A DNA stretch of 63,764 nucleotides, the filler included, from Conidiobolus incongruus B7586 (Eukaryota), in NCBI GenBank assembly GCA_000697335.1. It is 25 parts of 25 records of this genome, joined end to end, with 100 filler letters (N's around TTAATTAATTAA, not from the genome) between each part and the next. Parts side by side here need not be neighbours in the genome. Positions count along the whole stretch, not along the records: positions 53,924 to 55,262 come from JNEM01005954.1; positions 55,363 to 56,976 come from JNEM01005955.1; positions 57,077 to 58,103 come from JNEM01005969.1; positions 58,204 to 59,216 come from JNEM01005980.1; positions 59,317 to 61,208 come from JNEM01005986.1; positions 61,309 to 62,516 come from JNEM01005992.1; positions 62,617 to 63,764 come from JNEM01005996.1; 18 more parts are not named here. One strand, 5' to 3'. Shown here in pieces: positions 53,924 to 63,764 of the stretch (its first letter is position 1; every line of letters starts with the position of its first letter). Both the position numbers and the translations under genes were made by a program. The notes below the pieces were generated by a model, which ran no database searches, was not told where the DNA came from, and saw only the letters and a program-made list of their open reading frames with translations.

Positions 53924-55262
53924 ATGCTTAAATTTCTCTTTAAAAAAGTTTATTTATATATTATTCATCTATATAATAAAAATAAATCAATTTATAACAT
54001 TATTAGAATTATTAATATTATTTAATCTTCTATAATTAAAGTTATTAAGAATAATATTAAAAAAACATTTAAACTGAAACTTAAGTATATTAAAATTATA
54101 AATCGATATAATGAAAAATACATTTATAAATTAATTAATATAAGTAAATATAATAATATTATAAAAATATAGCAAGAATTATAAAACTATATAATAAAAT
54201 TAGTGAGTATTAATAATATTATATATGTTTTATATTAGAATAGATATTACTTATATTTCAAGATAAAACACCCCTAACTAAAATGTCTTATTATAAGATT
54301 AAGCAAAAGTTTAAATACTAATACTAAAGTTAAACTATCATTAATTAAAGTTACTTAATTTAATAAAGCAAAAATAAATCTTAATAAATCTAATAAAAAA
54401 ATTAGATATTTCAAAAAAGATAAAAAAAATACTTTATTACCATTATGTTATTATAAACCAAAAATATATTAATAAGTTAATTATAATTTTAGGATATATA
54501 TTATATTTTGATATATGATATTTTTATAAGGTTAATAAGGTAATTAATATTAGGATATATTAAAATATTTTAAATAATAAATTGAAAAAAAAATATTGAA
54601 TAATATAGGTTAAATAAATCAAATATTATTTTCCAACAAGATAATACCTTTTGTTATACTATAAATTCTATCATTAAATTGCTTAAAAATAATAAAATAA
54701 CTATTATAAAATAGCCTCCTTAATCTTTTAATCTTAACCTAGCTGAATATCTTTAAAATCAATTAAAAAAATTAATTAAAACTTTTCTTCTAATAAAAAA
54801 TTTAAATTAACTTTGGCAATATATTTAAGAAACTTAGAATAATATTAGTTTTACTTTATATAAGAAGCTAGTTAACTTTATAACTTATAAATTTAAAGAA
54901 ATTAGAAAAATAAAAAATAGATATATCAGATATTAATTTTTTTATTAATATCAAACTCTATAAGTTTGTAACTTATCTTAAATATATTTTTAATTTTAAT
55001 ATATCAATTAATAATTCATTAAATTTGATTTAATATATTATATTATAAATAAAAAATATATACTAGCCTATAAAAGTGAGTCATAAAATAAAAATCATTT
55101 ATATATTTACCTATAACTTAAACAGTTCTTAACTTTATTAATTTAAATCAAAATATATAATTAAAGTATATTATCTAATTATAATAGGTTATATTTAATT
55201 ATATTTAATATATTATTGGTTAATATATCAAATTTTAAATTTTAAATAGGGTGAGTCATAAA
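53924..55262 (+). mobile_element. Tc1 relic with a second copy's left end inserted at 55061
   Basis: IFQQDN motif at about 54627; TA|tactagcctataaaagtgagtcataaaa at 55059. Confidence 0.9.
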
Positions 55263-55362
55263 NNNNNNNNNNNNNNNNNNNNNNNNNNNNNNNNNNNNNN
55301 NNNNNNTTAATTAATTAANNNNNNNNNNNNNNNNNNNNNNNNNNNNNNNNNNNNNNNNNNNN

Positions 55363-55408
55363 TTTGTTAAAAAGTTATATAAAACAAAAATTACTTAAAT
55401 TTTTTTTA

Positions 55409-55447
<39 letters not shown>

Positions 55448-56732
55448 TTAATATTTTAAATTATTATTTTAAATAATATTAATATTAAAATACCTAAATC
55501 CCTCTCTAAATAGATTTATTTATATATTAATCAACTCTATAATAAAGGTAAATTAACTTGTGAGATTATTGGAATTACTAATGTTCGCTAATTTATTATA
55601 GCTAAAGTTGTTAAAAATTATAGTAAGGATATATCTAAATATAAACTTAAATATATTAGGATTATAGATAAATATAATGAAAAGTATATTTGTAGGTTAA
55701 TTAGTATAGATAAATATAATACTATTATAGAAGTACAAAAAGAATTACAAGACTATATAGGAATATTAGTTAGTATTGATACTATTATATATATTTTACA
55801 TTATAATAGATATTACTTATACCTTAAGAAAAAACACCCCTAACTAAAAAAGTCCCATTATAAAGCTAAGCAAGAGTTTAAATGTCATCACTAAAGTTGA
55901 ACCAAAACTAATTAGAGTAAGGTTATTTAATTTGATAAAACAAAAATATACTTTAGTAGATATAATAAAAAAGCTAGATGCTTTAGAAAAGATAAAAAAC
56001 TACTTTATAACAATTAGGTTATTTTAACCCAATAATATAATAATAGGTTATTTATAGTTTAAGGATATATGTTATCTTTTAATGTAAGATATCTTTGTAA
56101 AATTAATGGGGGAATTAATGCTAAAATGTACTAAAATATTTTAAATAATTAATTAAAAAAAACTATTGAATGGTATAGGTTAAGTAAATCAGAGGTTATT
56201 TTCCAACAAGATAATACCCTTTGTTATATTGCTATTTTTACTACCAAATGGTTTAAAAATAATAAAATAACAGTTATAAAGTGACTTCTTCAATCCCCTA
56301 ACTTTAATCTAATTGAATATCTTTGGGATCAGTTAAAAAAAACAGTTAAAGCTTTCCCACTAGCAAAAAATTTAAATAAGCTTTAGGAATATATTTAAGA
56401 AGCTTAGAATATAATTAATCCTTTCTAATGTAAAAAGTTAATTGACTCTATACCCTATAAACTTAAGGAAGTTAAGAAAGCAAAAGGTAGATATACTAAG
56501 TTTTAACTTTCTTTTTATAACCAAAATATATAAATTTATAACTTACCTTAGGTAAAATTTATATTTTAATATATCAATTAAAAGTTAATATAATTAGATT
56601 AAATATACTTAATTATAAATAATATAAGTTTATTATATGTTTTAATTTAAATTAATTTGATTAAGAATTAATAAAGCTATTGATAATAATATAAATAATT
56701 ATAATTTTATGACTCACTTTTGTGGGCTGATG
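55363..56732 (+). mobile_element. Best-preserved Tc1 (DD34E) relic
   Basis: VI(W)(S)D(E)TKI; (M)V(W)G(C)M; IFQQDN(A)(P)C(H)(T)A..34 aa..QSP(D)(L)N(P)IE(H)LWDQLKK; IDS(M)P..LKEVKKAKG(G)YTKF*; right TIR atgactcacttttgtgggctgatg|TA. Confidence 0.93.
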
Positions 56733-57076
56733 TATATTAATTATATAGTCTAATATAAATCTATTTAAATTTGAATTAATTAAGATATTAATAGAAATAT
56801 TTATTTTTTTTAATTTTATAACTTATATTTACAAGCTAGTATATATATAAATTATTAATTAAAAATTATTTATTCAAAAATATAAATAAAAGTACTTTAT
56901 TAATTAATTATCATTAAAAATTGAAATAATAAAAAAAATCATTAATTATATTTAAAATAATTAATTTCCAATATATNNNNNNNNNNNNNNNNNNNNNNNN
57001 NNNNNNNNNNNNNNNNNNNNTTAATTAATTAANNNNNNNNNNNNNNNNNNNNNNNNNNNNNNNNNNNNNNNNNNNN

Positions 57077-57283
57077 AATAGAATATAGTTTCAATTTTAA
57101 AAATAGTGTAAAGGTAAAAAATAGTAAGAATTAAAAAGAAAAAGAGGAACCTAGTTTATTAAATAACTTAATACTATTTATATAATTAATTTAACTATAT
57201 AAGTATAAATTAATCATATAATTTATAGTTAATTAGATTATATGAAAGTATATATAAAAGTTTAGAGAACTAGTCTCTTAACA
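57077..57283 (-). repeat. Gypsy LTR fragment (another at about 57830-58103)
   Basis: Near-identical to 36110-36316. Confidence 0.8.
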
Positions 57284-58639
57284 AAATCTAAACTTTATAT
57301 GTTTTATTTAAATATATATTATTTATTACAAGTCTCTTAAAATATAATAAAATTTTAAAGATTATAATCTTGAATTTATTTAATAATTGATTTATTCTTT
57401 TTATTCAAATAATTTAAGAGTTATTTTTATAAAATATACTAAAATAAGAAATTAAATTTAAATAATATTATAAATCAAATGTTTTACTCACCTTTTAGTT
57501 TTAATTTTCTATTAAGGTTCTAGATATAATCTATCTATAAATATCAGGAATAATTTTTATATAATGGAAAATTCTAAAATATTAAAAAAATTAAAGCTTT
57601 AATATATTAACCAAGGATCAATTATATTATAAAATAATTATTAGATAGATATTTACTTAAGATTATTTTAATCAAAGTTAAACCATAAATTTTAATATTT
57701 TAATAAAACTTCTCTAAAGTGTCTAGTTAGTTATTTTGGGTTTATTTTATTAAGCTTATATAATTTTTATTATAAGATTATTTTCTTAAAGCCTAATAAC
57801 AAAATTAATTATAAATATATTTTGAAATAATAATAAATATATAAATATAAATAATTATTAATTTTATAATAGATTTTTAATTATTTTATTATTATTAATA
57901 TTATATAGATATAATAATAGTTAAATTAATATAATATAAATAAAATTAAATATAAAGAAGATTTAATATGATATAAATAAATTAAATATAAAAACAATAC
58001 TATATAGAATATAATAATATAATATAAAATTATAAACAAGGTTTAATTAAACATATATTAAAATAAGTTACTAATATAATAAAATTTATATTAGATAGTG
58101 TTANNNNNNNNNNNNNNNNNNNNNNNNNNNNNNNNNNNNNNNNNNNNTTAATTAATTAANNNNNNNNNNNNNNNNNNNNNNNNNNNNNNNNNNNNNNNNN
58201 NNNTTCTAATTGGTATTCTTAACATAATCTAAAAATTTTTATTATTTTATATAATAATTATTAAATATATAAATCTGATACTATAAAAAACTTACCAATT
58301 CAAAATAATTGGAAAAAATTACCATATTGAATTTATTTCTTAAACTATAACTTATATAACTATAATTCCTTTAGGTAATTAAAAAACTAATTTAAAAAAA
58401 AATTTCTATAAAAAATTTAATTAGTTTGTAAAATATAAAATATTAGTTTATAATAAAAAGAATTAATTTTTAAATATTAAAAGTTTACTAAAAGTATAAC
58501 ATAAATTGATTAATATTAAAAAAAACTCTTATATTTATAATATATAATTATTTTTATATATTATAGATCTAAAAGTTAATTTATTTTCAATTGCAAAAAA
58601 TTCCCATTATTTAAATTATAAAATAATATCATTTAAATT

Positions 58640-59050
58640 GAATTAAAACTAATCAAAATAAAATTATTTAGTTTAATAAGATAAAATATATTTAAACAAA
58701 TTTAATAAAAAAGCTAAATATTTTATAAAAGATATTGAATTATTTTATAACTATTATATTACTTTAACTTAAAAATATAATAATAAGTTAATTATTATTA
58801 TCAAAATATATATAATATCTTTTGATATAAAATATCTTTATAAAATTTATTAAGGAATTAATATTTTATTATATAAGAGTATTTTAAATAATAAGATAAA
58901 AAACAAAATTGATTAATATAAGTTAAAAAAATTTAATATTATTATATATTTAAATATTATCCTCTATTTTACTTTTATTTCTATTACCAAATAATTTAAG
59001 AATAATAATATAATAATTATAAAATAGCTTTTTAAATTTTTTAACTTTAA
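58640..59050 (+). mobile_element. Tc1 transposase internal fragment between two mariner pieces
   Basis: Colinear with 55895-56305. Confidence 0.75.
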
Positions 59051-61499
59051 TTTATTACTCTATATTTTTAATAATGGGAATTTTTTGTGATTAAAAATAA
59101 ATAAACATTTGAATATATGATATATAAAAATAAATATATAATATAAATTTAATAGTTTCTTTTATTATTAATAACTTTTTGCTATACTTTTGGCAAACTT
59201 CTAACACCTAAAAAACNNNNNNNNNNNNNNNNNNNNNNNNNNNNNNNNNNNNNNNNNNNNTTAATTAATTAANNNNNNNNNNNNNNNNNNNNNNNNNNNN
59301 NNNNNNNNNNNNNNNNTTTATATATAAATATTTAAATATTTTTTAAGATTATTAATTTAATGATAATTTATCAAAATTTTAATTAATATTTTAATTTGGA
59401 ATAAAATTTAAATCAATTTGATAAAAATATTGGAATATCTTAAACTTGTATTAGTTTCTCTGATATTAAATTACTGTCCCTTTACCTTATAAAATGCAAT
59501 TTTAAAACCAAATTAAAATTTTGATTATTTGATTTATATATAATTTAAAACTCACAAATTTATAACTCAATTTAGTTAAATATTTTTTAGTATATTGGAT
59601 GTTAAAATACTAAATTATATAGGAAATTACTTATTTAAAAATATGTAATTGGTAATATTATTATATTTAATTATAAAGAATTAATTAAATAATATAAAAC
59701 TAATAATAATATTGTAAATTTTTAATAAATATTATATTTAAAACTAGGTTTAATTTTGATATGGATAAGTAAATTATTATTACTATTCAATATTTCATTA
59801 TTATTTTATTCAAGATTATATAAATTATATATAATAATTCATTAATTATAATCATAATATTAAAACTCATTTAAACAATTACAATATAAAAAAGTCAAAA
59901 TTAATTAGAAATATATGTTAACAGAATATATCCTGATATTCAAGCTATTTCCATAATATTATTGGATATTGATATCACTTTTGATTCACTTATATAGAGC
60001 AAAACCTCACTAGTCATCCATAGTTGTTTTCTTGACACTGATGAATTTTAACTTTTTATAAGGTGAGTCAAAATCCATGAATTAACATGGATATATAACC
60101 TTAGTTATAACTATCATATTAAAGTTACCTTTTTCCATCACAAATCCATTGGGATATGTTAATCTTTAAATTATTATTTATTAACTAGTAACTAAGTCAA
60201 GAATCAAGATAAAATTGAATTTTTGAAATTCTTAGTTAAAGATATTTAGGATATTTATGATTTATAAATAATACATTTTAAAAGTACTTATCCCTGCCTC
60301 TTGGTATATCTAGCAAGTATAATATTCAATTTTTGCCGAATTCTTGATTTTGAGAAACAAATCATTATGAATATATATAAATATAAATATATATTTATTA
60401 ATAAAAATTTAAGAATATAATTTTATATATTTTTATTTTTTATTTATATTAGAAATTTTTTAATATTGTTAATTATATAATATTGGATTAAATTAAAACA
60501 TTATTTATTATCATTCAAATATCAATATTTTAATAATATTCATAAAAATAGTTTTATAATAATATATTCTATTTATTAATAAATCAAAATTATTAATATG
60601 AAATGATATTAATTCAATATAATTTAAATTTAAAATCAAATATTATGATTATTTATAATAATAAAATATTATTCATAGTTTGCAAATTTTGATTTATTAT
60701 ATTATTTACGAAAAATATTAATATTTCAGGATTAAATCAATAATTAAATTCGTTATTATTAAGCAAGTTAGAAAATGTATCTTTAAAATATAATATCAAA
60801 TGAAAAGAATAATTATTATTATTATTATTATTTTTATTTTTTAATTCAAGAAATATTATAATACAATTCTTATTTTATATATAGATTAAATTTTTTTTTC
60901 AAATATTTTGATTAAATTATAGTGTTTTTATATTTATATTAATTGATTTTATTGAGTTAATATTTTATTTATTAAAAATATAATAAATTCTTGATTTATG
61001 AATTAAATAAGTGAATTAATAAATTTAATTGAAAATTATATTTAAAGTTACTTTATATTTTATATTTCAAAATGTTATCAATAATTAATTAAAAAAATAT
61101 AAATAAATATGATCTGGATTGATTATAATAAAGTTTTTTTCTAATGGATATTTTTGAAATTAAATCAATAGAAACTAATCATATATATATAAGAAATATT
61201 ATTAATAANNNNNNNNNNNNNNNNNNNNNNNNNNNNNNNNNNNNNNNNNNNNTTAATTAATTAANNNNNNNNNNNNNNNNNNNNNNNNNNNNNNNNNNNN
61301 NNNNNNNNTATTATATTATTTATTTAATTATATCACAAATTATTTATCAACATAATTTATTACTTAATAATAGATATTTGATGATTTTAACTGTTACTTT
61401 ATTTTTTATTAAATATCTTGATATAATAAGTAATTATTAATAATATAAAATTATATATCTTTTTATAAAATCGATTTATAAATTAAAAATATTTAAATT

Positions 61500-63764
61500 T
61501 CATTAATAACTTAATCAATTTTTAATTATATCAAATTTAATTAAATTATAAAATTATAATCTATTATATATTCTTTTTAGTCTTTATATTATTTAAGTCT
61601 ATAGGATATAAAATCAATTAACTCTTTATATAAAAAAAATCAATCCTGTTTTAACTTATTTATTATAAATATTAAGTTATATTTAATATTTAATTAAAAG
61701 CAAAATTGAAATTAATTTTTTTAATTCAAATAGTATTTATTCAAAGGAATATATTATGTAAAAAAATAATATCAAGGATAAATAATATGGTTTATTCTTT
61801 GACCTTTTATATTTGACTTCTTTGCTATAAAAAGTAATATATAGCATATATATAATAAGTTCCAATATATTTTAAATATAAGATATTATAAAACTAAGGT
61901 TAATTTTCAATTAAATTTTAATTTCATAATTAATATATTAAGATTGAATTTTAATTCAAATTATCAAATTAATTTCTTATAATTTATAACAAAAATACTT
62001 GATTAAATTAATATTAAAAGATAAAAAATAATTTATAACTTTTTTTCTTATATTTAAGCTATTTGATAATAAAGAGTTTAATATAATATTAAATATCATT
62101 ATATTAAAAAAGATATTTTATTTTGTAACCTATATTATCTAATATTTTTTAGGTTATTATCCCAAATAATCTAATATATATTAAAATTAATTTTTGTTAA
62201 TCTTAAAAATTACCTTATAATCAAAAAATATATCTATATCTTTAGATTTTAATTAATCAATTATAATATTATTAAATTAAATAATATTATTATTAAAAAA
62301 TAGTTTTATATTATTTTTTGGAGTAATTATTTATTTTACGAAATAAATTAAAATATATTTTTGATTTTTTAAATCAAATATCTTGTTTTTAATTAATATT
62401 ATCTTGATATTATTTGTAATATTTAAATTTCTATTTAATTTTTTAATTAGGTATTTTTATTTAGAATTATTTTATTCCAAATAAAAATAATATTTATTGG
62501 ATATAAAATATAAAATNNNNNNNNNNNNNNNNNNNNNNNNNNNNNNNNNNNNNNNNNNNNTTAATTAATTAANNNNNNNNNNNNNNNNNNNNNNNNNNNN
62601 NNNNNNNNNNNNNNNNTATATTAAATGATATAAAAAAATTATATATTTGATTTTATAATATTTAAAATTATATTTATAATTAGTTATAAACTTAAAAATT
62701 TTATTATTAATTAAAAATTAAAAATTAATATTTAATATATCTATTTTATATTATTTTTATCCTTTTCAAGTTTATAAGCTATAAAGTTAACTAGCTTTTT
62801 ATATTAAAAAAATTTATACTATTCTAATGATTTTAAATATATTTTCAAAGATTATATAAATATATATATTATAGGGAAATCTTTGATTATTTTTTTCATT
62901 AATTCTAAAATTATTTAATTAAATCAAGATTAGGAGATTAAAAAAGTTATTTTGTTATTTTTAAGTAATTTAATAATAAAGGTTATAATATAAAATAAGG
63001 TATTTTTTTTAAAAGATAATATTTACTTTTTTTAACATATTGAATTTTTTTAATATAATTTAATATTAATTCCCTTATTAACTTTATAAAGATAACTTAT
63101 ATTTAAAGATAATATATATCCTTAAACTATAATTGACTAATTTATATAATTTTGGGTTATAATAATATAATTCTTATAAAGTAATACTTAATCTATTTTA
63201 AAATATCTAGCTTTTTTGTTGAATTAATTAAAATATTTTTTATTTCACTAAATTTATTATACTTACTCTAGTTAGTTTTAATTTAAATTTAATAATGATA
63301 TTTAATCTCTTATTTAACTTTATAATAGAATATTTCATAATTAGTATTGGTTTTTCTTAAGATATAAATATTATTGATTTTAATATAAGATATATTTAAT
63401 AATATCTTTATTAATTAATTATTTTATATAGTTTTTGATTTTTAATTTAATTATTATAATAATATTATATTTAAGTATAATAATTAATTTATAATTATAG
63501 TTTTTACTATATTAAACTATAACCTTAATTTATATAAGTTTAAACTTAAGTTTTGTTATTAGTATTCTTTATAACCTATCAATATTAGATTAGCTAATAT
63601 TAATAATTCTAACAATCTTATAAATAGATTTGTTTTTATGATTAATCTAATTTATATTAAAATAAACTATTACAAAAAAGATTTAAGCATTATAATATTG
63701 ATTTTAAATATTTGCATAAATGTTTTATAATATATATAATATACCTAAAATCATAATATATAAA
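61500..63764 (-). mobile_element. Two heavily decayed Tc1 relics, on either side of the gap at 62517-62616
   Basis: Reverse-complement similarity to the Tc1 family transposase along its length. Confidence 0.7.

Noticed and set aside
55415..55442. (TA)n microsatellites (also about 21043 and 44973)
   Set aside because: Trivial in this base composition.

Overview
This is a very AT-rich eukaryotic window, fungal by gene content. An early-diverging, non-Dikarya lineage is my inference, not something the sequence proves. It is assembled from 25 contigs joined by an artificial 100-nt spacer (44 N + TTAATTAATTAA + 44 N). Gene islands contain two tandem TSPO/MBR paralogues (the second has an intron missed by the ORF track), an orphan Cys-rich 504-aa ORF, an 8-exon ITPA/HAM1 gene absent from the ORF track, a disordered 547-aa Pro/Ser-rich protein and a DUF1752 + two-finger GATA transcription factor. 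There is also a degenerate tRNA-Gln-like sequence heading a GC-rich segment, and a candidate 3-exon 58-aa microprotein gene. About half of the window is a graveyard of nested transposons: a DD34E Tc1 family with IR/DR-type ends, a DD34D mariner family, and a Ty3/Gypsy chromovirus (LTR, PBS, PPT, GPY/F, chromodomain). All of these are destroyed by dense C->T / G->A transitions in CpA, CpT and CpG contexts on both strands, while single-copy genes are intact. This looks like a RIP-like, repeat-targeted hypermutation system and is the most interesting signal here.
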